NCBI RefSeq assembly: GCF_964204645.1
Contig: NW_027437463.1
Span: 1-64,000 of the forward strand
Direction: 5' to 3'
DNA length: 64,000 nucleotides
From: Tubulanus polymorphus
Lineage: Eukaryota > Animalia > Nemertea
The first letter of the stretch is position 1, and each line of letters starts with the position of its first letter. Made by a program: the position numbers and the translations under genes. Under the pieces are notes generated by a model. That model was not told where the DNA came from. It made no database searches and was given only the letters and a program-made list of their open reading frames with translations. Shown piece by piece: positions 12,725 through 23,802 of this stretch.

Positions 12725-14250
12725 CTATGAATGTTCGGAAAGCAACATTTCATTATTCATGTAACACAACTCTATGGTGCTGTCGGTCTGGTCGAAGGTA
12801 TTTTCTACCATCAAGTTGATTTCTTGCTGAAGCATATTATTTATCCAGACAGCTGTAGTCGCTGTGGTGAGCTCTAAGCATGGAATTAAGACTTTCTTAA
12901 CAACCAGGGCGACTCTTGATTTGCCAAGGAGCAGCGAACAGGCTATCAGGCCTTCAGTATCAACAAGCCTCAGATAGGGCCTTCGATGCGGTGCCCTAAC
13001 CGATAACACAAGCATCTGAAAAATGATACAGAACATGATGCTACAGAGGCTGCTCGGTTTCAGATTCTCGGAGCTAGGATTGTATTCAACAAAGAAACAT
13101 CCAACCACTGTTTCCAGGCAGCGGACTCTGATTCGGGTACAGGTGAGTCCCAGCCTATCTTCACTTCGCATAAGCTTAACCGGTGTAAGATGAGCTTCGC
13201 TGGAAGTATTATTGGCGAGATGAACCGCATTTGGATAACATGATGCCACCACTGAAAGTAGCACTCGACGTGACATGGTCTGACTCTTAATGCTGACCTT
13301 GAAACTGAAGCTGTCATCACTTGGCATTCAGGGTTACTCATGTCTGTCGGGTTCATCTCATGAGCATGGTCGTTCTCCGATAGTGCCCATGACGGAGATA
13401 TCTTTACACTGATTCAAGTTGAACCCTCTGTGTTGGCATAAACTCTTCAACTCAAACGTGAGACTGACAGATTTTGCCGGGTCAGCAGGACACTTCAAGC
13501 AATCATTGACGACTTATGGTTCATACCACTTCGTAGGCGAAATCATCAGCATTATCGATAGCCGTTTGAGGCAAGGGCATGTTTGCGTAGCTTGGTGATG
13601 AGACAGCTCCGAATAAGTGAACAGTTATATGGTAGCACCCGGGTTCTTTTGTCACATTGGTCCACCACGAGAAACGTAGGCAGTCACGATCTTTTGGTGG
13701 CACCCTAACTTGAAAGAACATCTTTTCTATATCAGCTTTCAGTGGTACTTCACCCTCACAAAACCGATGCTGTATACAAACAAGAATTTTCATAAGGTTG
13801 GGCCCTTGTAACAGTTCGAAGTTTAACGACACTCCGTTGAACTACGCTGAGGCATCGAAAACGACATGAACCTTGTGTGGTTTCATCGGGTGACAGACAC
13901 TGTGATGGGGGTAGATACCATACGCGGCCGTTGGTTATTACGCTATCTGGGGGGTACCAGTTCGGCGTAACCTGACTTGATTACCATCGACATAAGTTCG
14001 GTAGTGATCACGGAATGCTTAGTTTCCTACGTTAACCTTCTAAACGCACAGGGGGTAACTAAAGTTATTCGGCAGTTTAACTAAGTTCAATGCGAAAGGC
14101 AAGTCAATGGTTGTCTTGGAGCACAATCGAATTACAATACTAATGAATCTCTTGTTTTTCTGCGAAAACTCTTGCTTCTCATCTTTGATTCGCTTGGGAA
14201 AGTCCAGTTCAATCGACCTTTTCAACATCTTACTGATTTCCTTGAGTGAT
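12725..14250 (-). mobile_element. Degenerate BEL/Pao LTR retrotransposon pol fragment (RT and RNase H region)
   Basis: SLNFELLQGPNL, ADIEKMFFQVRV..DRDCLRFSWW, HLFGAVSSPS, HFSDA, LLLGKSRVA..IPCLELT. Many stops and frameshifts. Confidence 0.85.
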
Positions 14251-15750
14251 TCGCGGGCTCCTCTCCTTCTGGCCGTCCATCGGTGGGGGAGCAGGCCGGC
14301 GATCCCTCATGGGATTCTCATAAGAAATCCAGCCATCCACCTCCAGTCACTCTCGCGACTACGGTACTAGATACCAGTAGTAAACAGAGCCAGTGCCCAA
14401 GTCTGTGCCGCTCTCGTCTCCGGCTCCGGTTGCCCATGCATCGTCTGATATCGTGTCAAGTTGCCCAGCCGGGCCAAGAGCTTGCTCGCCCGTTCATCGC
14501 TCCCCTGGAGCATGTCGTAGGAGTCTCCATCGCCGTTTTCTTCGACCTCATCCAGCTCCTCGAGGTCAAGATCCTCAAGTAGGAGCGTCCTCAATGTCCT
14601 TACAGGAGCTGTCGCAGGAGCTCCTTGTCCCCTGAGCAGAGTCGGCAAAGGGTCGCCTCAACCCGACTGGCTCTGGAGCCCCTCGCTCTCTGTCTTCCGA
14701 GTCAGAGAACTCCAGTCCCAGGGATGTTACCCATGCGGATCCTGACCGCAAGGATTTCGACGAATTTTCTTGGACGCAGGTCCCATCATGCATCCGGGTT
14801 CCAGGGAGTCGTCGCCTTGGATTCCACCATCCGAATTGACCACTTCCTGTTCACCATTAACGTTTGACCGACCGCCTTCGGGCTCGTTCGCTACCAGGTT
14901 CAACTTTTCAGCACCGGCGGATAGTCCGTTCTACACGTTCATTCAAAAGGTTTTATGCAAACATGGCGCCACCATGCGTAAACCCCGTAAGTCCGCGGAA
15001 CAGGCTGAGTGCATGGCTTCAGATACCGCCTCCAAGGAGGATGCTCACGCTCTTAGCGAGTCATCTGTGGTGGCAGTCGAGTTGATTTGTATTGATAAAT
15101 ACGGGTCCAGGACCGACTGACTGGGTTTATCGATCCCCCGCTGGAGTCGGGCCCCTGAGCAGGGAAAGTTTCTCTCTCCACCTATCGACAGGTTAAGAAC
15201 ATCCTATGGACCCTGTATGAATAGAATTATCTAGTTCCTAGGTCAGTGACTCGTGTGATTTTACTGGCTGTCAAGGCTCAAATCAACATGATTCTGGCAG
15301 CAAGATCCTCGCTGATTAGGGAAATCCAGCAGATGGGAAGAGATCGTCCAGAACCTCAAAATTACACAGCCAAATTGGAGAAATATGCTCCCTTCACTAG
15401 TAAATGAATTGAGATTAAATGATTGTTAACAAAGTGAACATGTACACTATTACTACAACATGTTAGCAGATACCGGATGAGTATCTGGGCTGGAATTTGA
15501 GACTGTTTACAGTGCTCAAGGCCTCTGGAGGCTTACGCACTGTGACAGACCTGTCCTTTCTCAGCGAGCATCTAGTTTCGGATGACCTCACCAAAACAGG
15601 TAGTTCAGACGCTTCTTCCTGGCAATGGGTGGCGTGGATCCAGACACGTTCAGGTGCCAAATCCACCCCAAGTCGCGTCGCTACCTCCGGGTCATCTAGC
15701 ACTTGTTTAAAATCACAAAATGGCGAGCCCATACTTAGTACATCTTCCTA
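14250..15750 (+). mobile_element. Degenerate DIRS-like (tyrosine recombinase retrotransposon) fragment
   Basis: GC-rich block. RLFTVLKASGGLRTVTDLSFLSEHL (15500-15575) and QIHPKSRRYLR (~15658-15690) resemble DIRS RT motifs. The upstream Ser/Arg-rich part is only tentatively gag-like. Confidence 0.5.
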
Positions 15751-17481
15751 GTCAAAAGATATATTTAATTTTCTTCTGTTTTCTTACAGAGAGGTTTCGC
15801 AGTTGAAGGATGATGATTTGGTTAATTTGCTAAATAAAAATCATGGATATCTAGGCAGCATTTTCCAAAGCTAAGTATTATTTTTTTTCTCAACCTTTTT
15901 CGAATTGCTCTTCTCATCCTCCATATTTTGACAGGTTTGGAACTTTTGAATAAAGACTGGTGTTTGATTGATTTGATTGATTTGATCCATTGTGATCTCA
16001 AAAATTTAAAAAATTGTTGATTACTTGGAATAATACATCACATTATTAGAGATCACCTTAGCATGTTATAAGTATACATTGCCGATACCAATTATATTAA
16101 ACTTGATATGATTTCAGATTTTATGTCGACATCTTGATGATCATAAAGCAGGAAGAAAGAAAAGGTGGAAGTATGAATAATGGGCCATATTTGCTGAATG
16201 TATCTCTTGACCAAACTACAGTGCCAGTCAGTAGTGGAGGTTTTATTGATGTTTGTATCTTCGCGCGTTGATAACTTTCTGTTTGAATGGTCTAAAGGTT
16301 ATCTTGGTAAATGAAACAATTACGTTGCTCACGCATGATAAACCCCGAAAATATAGCACTTCTGCTGCACTTACAGCATAAGTCACAGTAGTTTAGGGAT
16401 ATCTTTTTCAATTGACCTTCCAAATAAAACATGTTGTATCTACCAATCAAATGAATAAAAGGGGCCAATTTTTAGATGAAAAAATACCCACAAGAAGCAA
16501 AATTTTCAATTCAATCATGATAAAGCCCATTTTTGGAAGGATCATTTGCTAGTTCTTTATATGTGATGAATCGTTGTGTCTAAGTTTGTTATAGCCAGGT
16601 TCCACTGTAACTACATGTAGATTTTGATCTAATATGTTCATGTTTAAATGGATCTCTTACAGTGAACTAGACGTACCAGATAACATCGCAACTGTACAGC
16701 AACAATCAGTGTGACCTAATTGTGAAACGTAACTGATATATATTGTCAGATGCACATGAAGGTACGTATGACTAATCGTAGGAAAATACATGTACATGAG
16801 TATCATCTTTAAAATTTTGATATATATTTGTGTCTTCCAGTAGGCAAATATGGATTATGTTTTTCGTGTGCTTCTTCCTGAGACACTCATTATAATATAT
16901 ATGGAGGTTCATGGAATCACTCATGATAAAGCCGAGGAGCAAATAGTTGAACTTCATAGCAATGCAGATGATTGTTTAAGGTGGCTGCAAGTGGAAATCA
17001 TTATGTGATGTTTATTGTTTTCTGTAGAGTGTATTCAAAATCAGTCATTTACTTCAATCTGGGAATATTTTTAGGTATTGAAAGGGCGCTTACTAAAATT
17101 GAAATTAGATTGTTTTTACAAAATAGAATTAGATTTTATGCGGTTTCGGATATTTAGATAACACCTGATAATAATCCCTTTGTAATATGGTAACTGTTAA
17201 TTGGTACCATAAGTGTTATGTTGATAAATGATAAATGGTAAGTGTTAAAAGGTTTCCTCATTTTTAGCTAAACTTGGACTTAAGTCCCCGTGGGCAATTG
17301 AATAGCCAGATAACGTAGTATTTTCATATTACGTTGATATCTGGGCATATTTTGTTACAATAAATGCAAAATTGTAGCTCATGACAAGTTCTAGTGGTAA
17401 ATTCCAAAGGTTTCTGTATAAGAGGCATAGAATTTGTCTGATTTTTGGGCATTCCATATCACTTTCCGAGTAGGCATAGTG

Positions 17482-17601
17482 AGTAATTGGAAAAGTAGGC
17501 TTTCAGATCAGAGTACGAAGTACGAGACACCACTCATCACCACAAATAATTTTTTTCCTAACACTCATCACCACAAGTAATTTTTTTTCCTAATAAATGG
17601 G
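17482..17601 (+). repeat. Left terminal inverted repeat (120 bp)
   Basis: Reverse complement of 33870-33989 with one mismatch (17546). Contains two tandem ~31-bp units CACTCATCACCACAA(G/A)TAATTTTTTT(T)CCTAA and the ATG of the first gene. Confidence 0.97.
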
Positions 17602-17923
17602 AGATAGAAAAGCATTCTTAGCAACGATAAATAACAGAATAAAACCAGCAAAAAAACAATTTGAAATAAAAAAGTTAGTTGATGTTACAAAAGAAATTGA
17701 ACATAAAATATTGAAATTAGAAAAGATAAAAACTAAATATGGAGAGAAAGTATCAGCTAATTTAAGCTACTGTAATGTTAGTACATCGCGAGAATTTAAA
17801 GTGTTTTTACCCGATAAATGGGTTTCATTGAGTACGGAGGAATTGAAAGATTTAGTAGGATTTAAAATAATATATCATGGGAAAAATGAAGACGGTCATC
17901 ATGATTTAGAAATTGTTGATTAA
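17597..17923 (+). CDS. Polinton small protein, 108 aa, possibly an OB-fold ssDNA-binding protein
   Basis: Intact ORF starting at TAAATG inside the TIR. Basic and beta-rich (KIKTKYGEKV, FKVFLPDKW, IIYHGK). Function is inference only. Confidence 0.6.
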   Translation: MGDRKAFLATINNRIKPAKKQFEIKKLVDVTKEIEHKILKLEKIKTKYGEKVSANLSYCNVSTSREFKVFLPDKWVSLSTEELKDLVGFKIIYHGKNEDGHHDLEIVD

Positions 17924-18096
17924 ATTTAAAAAAATAAATTAATAAAAATTGTTGATTAAATTTAAAAAAAATAAATTAATAAAAATAATGAATATCTAGA
18001 ATCCGAAATGACTTATCTGGACAATTTAATTGCTCCACATAGATAGACAAAAGTAGTGAGATATTCAATTATTTTTTTTGCTTTTTTTCTAAAATA

Positions 18097-18465
18097 TTAA
18101 TCCATTTTTTTTATTATCAATTTTGGAATTTCAGAAGAACTTTCATTTTTGATAGCAGTTGGTTCAGAATTACTAATATCATGAATTTTATTTGATTTCT
18201 TATACCAATTACACCCAATCAAAATGAATACAATTACAAATCCAACTGTAAAATATAAATATTTATCAAATATTCTACTATCAGAAGGAGTAGAAATAAC
18301 AATATTTTCACCATTTTTATTAACATTTTTATTACTTATTTTTTCTTTTACAGCTTTTTTATATTCTTGTGATTTAATTCCTAATTGTCGAGACCATTCA
18401 ATTTGTTTCTGAGTTCTCGGTTTTTTCTTCACAGTTAATTCCTTCACTTCTTTCACTTCGCTCAT
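18097..18465 (-). CDS. Polinton hypothetical single-pass membrane protein, 122 aa
   Basis: TAAATG start; hydrophobic segment YLYFTVGFVIVFILIGCNWY. Confidence 0.7.
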   Translation of the reverse strand: MSEVKEVKELTVKKKPRTQKQIEWSRQLGIKSQEYKKAVKEKISNKNVNKNGENIVISTPSDSRIFDKYLYFTVGFVIVFILIGCNWYKKSNKIHDISNSEPTAIKNESSSEIPKLIIKKMD

Positions 18466-19003
18466 TTATTATAGAAATATTTTTACTTTCAATATTTGAA
18501 AATGTTATAACCCCAGTTGATAATAATGTCATAAATCCACCTAATTGAAATGATAAATATCCAATCCATTTATTTAATTCAGTCATAACTAAATAATCAT
18601 TTTTTAAATCGGAATATAATCTATTTTCATCTTCAATTGCTAGTATATAATTACATAATTTACTATAACCTTTTACTACATTTTCTGATATCGCGTCATT
18701 AATTCTAGCTGTTCTCGCGGCTTCATAAATCTTAAATAATCTAATAATTTCATCTGATTTCATTGTATCTAATTCATTATAAGTTAAATTTTTACCGATA
18801 AAATTTTTACATTTTCCAGATGCTATTAATATTTCTAATTGATGTTTACATTAAAGATAATATTCATAATTATTATTTGTTGTAACAATATTTAAAGCAC
18901 CATCATCTGGAGTTAATTTTGTTTCTGTTATTCCTAAATCATCTAAAGTTTTTTCAATTGGAACATCACCATTTTTAGATTTTATTTTCTTTTCACCTCC
19001 CAT
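18398..19003 (-). pseudogene. Polinton hypothetical protein (~200 aa) with an in-frame TAA at 18853-18851
   Basis: TAAATG start at 19003 is in frame with ORF 18398-18763 (MGGEKKIK..YEYYL*CKHQLEILIASGK..MKSDEII). C-terminal hydrophobic stretch. Confidence 0.7.
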
Positions 19004-19035
19004 TTATAAAACAAATAGATTAATTGTGTGATGTT

Positions 19036-19298
19036 GCAACTAGAATTCAACTAGAATGTAACTAGAATTCAACTAGATTAACAAGCTAGTTGAAATATTG
19101 TTGTTTTTGTTTATTTCTTGTTAAATCTAGTTGATTTTTGTTTCAACTACTAACAACTAGAATTCAACTAGAATGTAACTAGAATTAGACTAGATTGACA
19201 AGCTAGTTAAAATATTGTTAAATCTAGTTGATTTTTGTTACAACTACCAATAACTAGAATTCAACTAGAATTCAATTAGATTAACAAGCTAGTTGAAT
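19036..19298. repeat. Non-coding array of ~11-bp CAACTAGAATT units and inverted CTAGTTG units in three larger blocks
   Basis: Direct reading of 19036-19298; the largest intergenic region of the element. Confidence 0.85.
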
Positions 19299-19907
19299 TT
19301 AAATAAATTCATATTTAAATGGGTGTTGTAATCTAAATAGTAATTTTGATCTTTTAATATTTTTCAACTTATCCATATATTCATTATGTAAATCATGTGG
19401 AATAATATCATTTTCCTCAAGTGCATTTTTCATCGATTTTCTATCTTTATTGTAGAATAAAACTAGAAATCTAATGTTTTCTCTAAAATCTTTAACAATT
19501 GAATTATATTTTTGATTTAAAACCCAAGTTGTTATCCCAAAATGTCTTCCAGAGAAAGCCAAATAACATAACTCACTTTCTCTAACTTTTGAATCATGTA
19601 GATTAGCACAATCATCAATAATAAATAATGTATTAGATCCTTTATAAATATCAATTGCTATTTTAATACAATTATCTAAATTTTCTTTTACTGTTTTAGG
19701 ATCTAATATAATAAATTTATTATTCCTAGTAATATTTCTATCATAAGTTTGATTAAATTCATATGTTGGACAAAATAATACTATATTATCAAAATAGTTT
19801 TCATAAACAGTTTCTAATAAATTTAATATAAAATAAGTTTTTCCACAATTTGTTACGCCAGAAATTAACATATTATGAGACTCAAATATAAATAATTCCT
19901 TATTCAT
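19299..19907 (-). CDS. A32/FtsK-like genome packaging ATPase, 202 aa
   Basis: Walker A GVTNCGKT, Walker B FIIDD, and the SGRHFGITTWVLNQKY motif. Confidence 0.92.
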   Translation of the reverse strand: MNKELFIFESHNMLISGVTNCGKTYFILNLLETVYENYFDNIVLFCPTYEFNQTYDRNITRNNKFIILDPKTVKENLDNCIKIAIDIYKGSNTLFIIDDCANLHDSKVRESELCYLAFSGRHFGITTWVLNQKYNSIVKDFRENIRFLVLFYNKDRKSMKNALEENDIIPHDLHNEYMDKLKNIKRSKLLFRLQHPFKYEFI

Positions 19908-21036
19908 TTATATATTTTTAATTTTACTTGATAATATCCATTCATTAAATTTATCTGGCCATCCAACCCATTTTACTAAAGAATATTTTTTTCTTTTAAC
20001 AGTTTTTGTTTTTAGTACTTTTTCAATTTTATATTCTTGTTCTAGATTTTCAGTAGTTAAACTTAATTCTTCTTCGTAAAAGTAGCCATCAACTTCTTCA
20101 CCATCTAAATCTTCTAATTTATAGACATATGGTTTTGTTGTTATTACCTTTTTTATTTTATATATTTCCCTAGTAAAATTTCGATCGTATCCTTTATCAA
20201 ATATCTTTTTATACTTAGAAATTCTAACATTTTGACCAACTTTAAATTTAGGTTCACCAAAATCATCTATAAGAAATGCTCCATATAAATTATTCCAAAC
20301 AATTTCAGCATTTTCAGGTTTTCTAGCATCAATAGGTTTCATTCCAATAGAAGAATGATAAGAATTATTATATCCTTCTATCAATTTTGGTAAAACATCA
20401 ATCCATTTAAAAGTATTATTTGCTGTAAAATATTTCCACATTCTTGTTCTTAATGTTCTATTAAATCGTTCAACAACTGCTGCTTTTTTATCTGATTTTG
20501 TTGAAAAATATTTAATATTATGAAAATCTAAAAGTCCATGAACTAATGAATTATCAAATTCTTTTCCATCATCAAATTGTATTTTTTCTGGTTTTAGTTT
20601 ACCACCTGAAAGAAATTTTCTTAAAACATGTGATGTTTGTGCAGCATCTTTTCTATAAAGTGGGAAGCTCCATACATAACGACTAAAAATATCAATTATA
20701 TTCAATATCCACCAATAATCATTATTATCTTTTTTAAGATTTTTCATATCAATTAAATCTCCTTGCCACTGTTGATCTACATAACTTACTCATAGTTTTA
20801 CGAGTTTTATATTTTCTAACAATTTTTTTATGTGTTGTATATGTTGGTTGTTCTAACATAAATTCATTTATATCTTTATATTTAACTAAATTTTGTGGGA
20901 TTATCTTATCTAATTTATCTTGTTTTACTTTACGCCATATATTTTTAGTAGAAGAATAAGCAACCGAACTCTCAGGGTTGTAATATAAATTTCTTAAATA
21001 TTGTTCTTTAGTATTAGGAGTTTTTTTACCACTCAT
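19908..21036 (-). pseudogene. Retroviral-like (rve) integrase with C-terminal chromodomain, +1 frameshift near 20790
   Basis: LYYNPES..YSS N-terminus; the restored frame reads VSYVDQQWQGDLIDM; IDIFSR, QFDDGKEF, VVERFNRTL; chromodomain YKIEKVL..LVKWVGWPDKFNEWI. Confidence 0.93.
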
Positions 21037-21066
21037 TTATATATCCTTAATTTTAACTTTATATTT

Positions 21067-22314
21067 CTAATATTGAATACTATCTAATTGTGAATTTACA
21101 ATATTTAATTGCGCGTCAGATATAATATAAATATGCATTTTAAAATTTTTGATTCCTTTATTCTTTGTCATGAATAATTGTATTCCATCTTTTGTATTTT
21201 GTAGTTTTTTCCCAGAACCATGTAATGAATTATCTTCAGTTGTTCTAAAATCTAACCATAATGCATATTTATTACCGGTATAATAATCAATTTGATTAAT
21301 GTTACAATTTTCAAATGATTTTATTTTTTCATTCATAAAATGTTTTTTAATTTCTACCCATTGATCAATCATTCTCATTCCTTGACAAAATATTTTATTT
21401 GCTATACCTTCGATAGTTATTTCTACTTTTGTTATTTCAGGATTATAATAATTATCAACATTTATTGCGCCATTAGTATACGTTCCAATAGTAAAAAATA
21501 TTAATATACCTTTAATAGATCTTCTAGGAAAGTTAATATTCTCATTAATTATTTCATCATTTGCATTAATAGTTACAGTTTTAAATTTATCAATATAATC
21601 ATATAATAATGAAAATCCTTGATTGTATTGAGTTTGAATTGTGCTAGCAATATTTTCATTAGTTACTGTATCATATTCTAAACATATATTCGATAATTTA
21701 TAACTCATATCTTTATTACCGCTAGATATTACAATTTCATTTACAGGAGCAAATGTTATCTCAAATATAATATCTTCTTGAATTGCGTATTTATATAAAG
21801 GTGCATTATTATTTATCAATTCAAAGTCTAATGGAATTTTATATTTGCTTCCATATATACTTTTTATCAATTTATCTACATCATTTGTTAATATTGCACT
21901 ATTAGCTTCTGATCTTAATTTATTTTGGTTTTCTGATTGGATGCCTTGAAATATCATATTATTTCTATTTTCTTTAGTTAACCATAAATCTTTATAATGC
22001 ATAAATAAATTATAATCATCTAATGAGAAAACTGTTTCTGGACCAATCTTTATTGTTAACTTTTTAATCAAATATCTTCCAACATTATCAACAACATAAT
22101 TATTATTATTACCGATTACTTTTATATCAGCTGATAAATAAATACTGTTTGGAACATAAAAAGTATTTTGTGTTAATCGAGGGATTCTAACGTATAAAGT
22201 TTCATCGGGATTAATATTAGAAGGGTTGTGAGTAATTATATGATGTGATCTTTCTGCTTTAATAGCATTAGATATTCTAGAAATCTTGGAAGGGCTTATA
22301 TAACTCCCACTCAT
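21067..22314 (-). CDS. Major capsid protein (double jelly-roll), 415 aa
   Basis: Size, beta-strand pattern and position fit a Polinton MCP (NPSNINPDETLYVRIP, YKLSNICLEYD, NFPRRSIKGILIFF, YALWLDFRT, MHIYIISDAQLNI). Confidence 0.8.
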   Translation of the reverse strand: MSGSYISPSKISRISNAIKAERSHHIITHNPSNINPDETLYVRIPRLTQNTFYVPNSIYLSADIKVIGNNNNYVVDNVGRYLIKKLTIKIGPETVFSLDDYNLFMHYKDLWLTKENRNNMIFQGIQSENQNKLRSEANSAILTNDVDKLIKSIYGSKYKIPLDFELINNNAPLYKYAIQEDIIFEITFAPVNEIVISSGNKDMSYKLSNICLEYDTVTNENIASTIQTQYNQGFSLLYDYIDKFKTVTINANDEIINENINFPRRSIKGILIFFTIGTYTNGAINVDNYYNPEITKVEITIEGIANKIFCQGMRMIDQWVEIKKHFMNEKIKSFENCNINQIDYYTGNKYALWLDFRTTEDNSLHGSGKKLQNTKDGIQLFMTKNKGIKNFKMHIYIISDAQLNIVNSQLDSIQY

Positions 22315-22355
22315 TTATTTAACAAAAAAATTAATTATTTATTTTTTATCATGGT

Positions 22356-23786
22356 TTACTTGATATTTTTTGATATCATATTTACAAAACCAAAAATAAT
22401 AGCACTTACAACCGTAATTAAAAATAAAATAATATGTTCAGCAGCAAAGTTAATAATGTTTCCTGCAGATTTCAATATAAAACCAACAATTGAAGCAATA
22501 ACTCCTGGCAATGCTGCAGCAGATTTTTTAGATAGTTCCCATAAATATTTTGCTAATTTCTTTAAACCATCCTTAACTTTATCTTGTATAGAATTATTAC
22601 CTGGAGGTTTATCTGGTTTATTGGGAGTAGGAGTAGATTTCAGTGAATTTGATATAGCTAAACCTATTGTTGTGAATAACATAGTTACAGCTGTTAGAAT
22701 TGAAAGAACTGTTATTCCTTCTAATTTAAATAATAACTTTATTCTATCTTTTAATGATATTTCAGAATTTGGTTTAATCAACAAATCTTTAAAAATAACT
22801 TTTAATCTATTAATATTATAATCATATGATTTTAACAATAATTTAATTTCTTCTTTTTGTAATTCTATGTTATATTCTAAATCATCTTTTTCTTTTTCTA
22901 AACGTAACTCTTTTTGCCTATATTCTATTTCATCAATTACTTGATGATCTAAATCAGACTTTAATTGTTCTATTTCTTTATTTTTATCAGTTAATTCTTT
23001 TTCTAAAGTTCTAATTTTAAAATCTCTTATACTTTTATCATGCGCAATTTTATTAGATGCAAGTCTTATACTAATAATTTCTCTAATTGCTTTATCAGAA
23101 AATATATCTAATTCTTTATCTGTTGCATCAAGTAATCCCTTCGGTAAAAGTTTTTCAGTTTGAACTTCTCTTGAATTAGGTCTACTAGTTTTGGAAGTTT
23201 TATCTTCTTTAGGAATTGTTTCTGGTTCTAAATTTTCATTAATTATCTTCAAAAAATCATTATTTCTTCGATTAAATTCTCTTCTATTTTGATTTATCTC
23301 TTCTTCTGTAACATCAGTTATAATATCATTATTGATTTTTTTAATTCTAGATTGTTCTAATTTAATAAAAGTTGATTTTGTTATTATTTTATCAAGACTT
23401 TTATTAGAAGAAATCTTAAAATAATAGTCATCTTTCAAATGCCAATAATAATCACCATTTAAATATTTCAAATCTTTTACTAAATAATTCACACCTTTAT
23501 TTGTTATATTGAATCCAGATTTTTCTAATATTGGTTTGAATTTATCTGTTAATTCGTCATATTCTAGTTCTTTTTTCATTAAATCTGGATTTTCATTTTC
23601 AATATCCAATCTTGAACGTGCTTTATTAACATATTCATTGGTATCAGGTCTTGCTAAATTAGAATTATATGCTGTTTCATTTTCGTTACTGAAACTTGTT
23701 TCATCAAAATCAGGTGGTTGTTCATCAGTTATACCAGGTTCATCAAAAGGATCCATTCCAATATCTTCTACACCTTCTACATCCAT
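22356..23786 (-). CDS. Polinton coiled-coil membrane protein, 476 aa
   Basis: Acidic N-terminus, central coiled coil, 2-3 C-terminal hydrophobic helices; TAAATG start. Confidence 0.75.
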   Translation of the reverse strand: MDVEGVEDIGMDPFDEPGITDEQPPDFDETSFSNENETAYNSNLARPDTNEYVNKARSRLDIENENPDLMKKELEYDELTDKFKPILEKSGFNITNKGVNYLVKDLKYLNGDYYWHLKDDYYFKISSNKSLDKIITKSTFIKLEQSRIKKINNDIITDVTEEEINQNRREFNRRNNDFLKIINENLEPETIPKEDKTSKTSRPNSREVQTEKLLPKGLLDATDKELDIFSDKAIREIISIRLASNKIAHDKSIRDFKIRTLEKELTDKNKEIEQLKSDLDHQVIDEIEYRQKELRLEKEKDDLEYNIELQKEEIKLLLKSYDYNINRLKVIFKDLLIKPNSEISLKDRIKLLFKLEGITVLSILTAVTMLFTTIGLAISNSLKSTPTPNKPDKPPGNNSIQDKVKDGLKKLAKYLWELSKKSAAALPGVIASIVGFILKSAGNIINFAAEHIILFLITVVSAIIFGFVNMISKNIK

Positions 23787-23802
23787 TTATATAATAAAAA
23801 AA

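Noticed and set aside
15790-17420. Exon-like pieces flanking the Polinton (e.g. 15791-15873, 16663-16761)
   Set aside because: Splice-like ends, but they contain stops and no recognisable protein, so no gene can be supported.
20749-20800. Programmed frameshifting in integrase or polB
   Set aside because: No convincing slippery heptamer at the shift sites, and independent nonsense codons show the copy is decaying.
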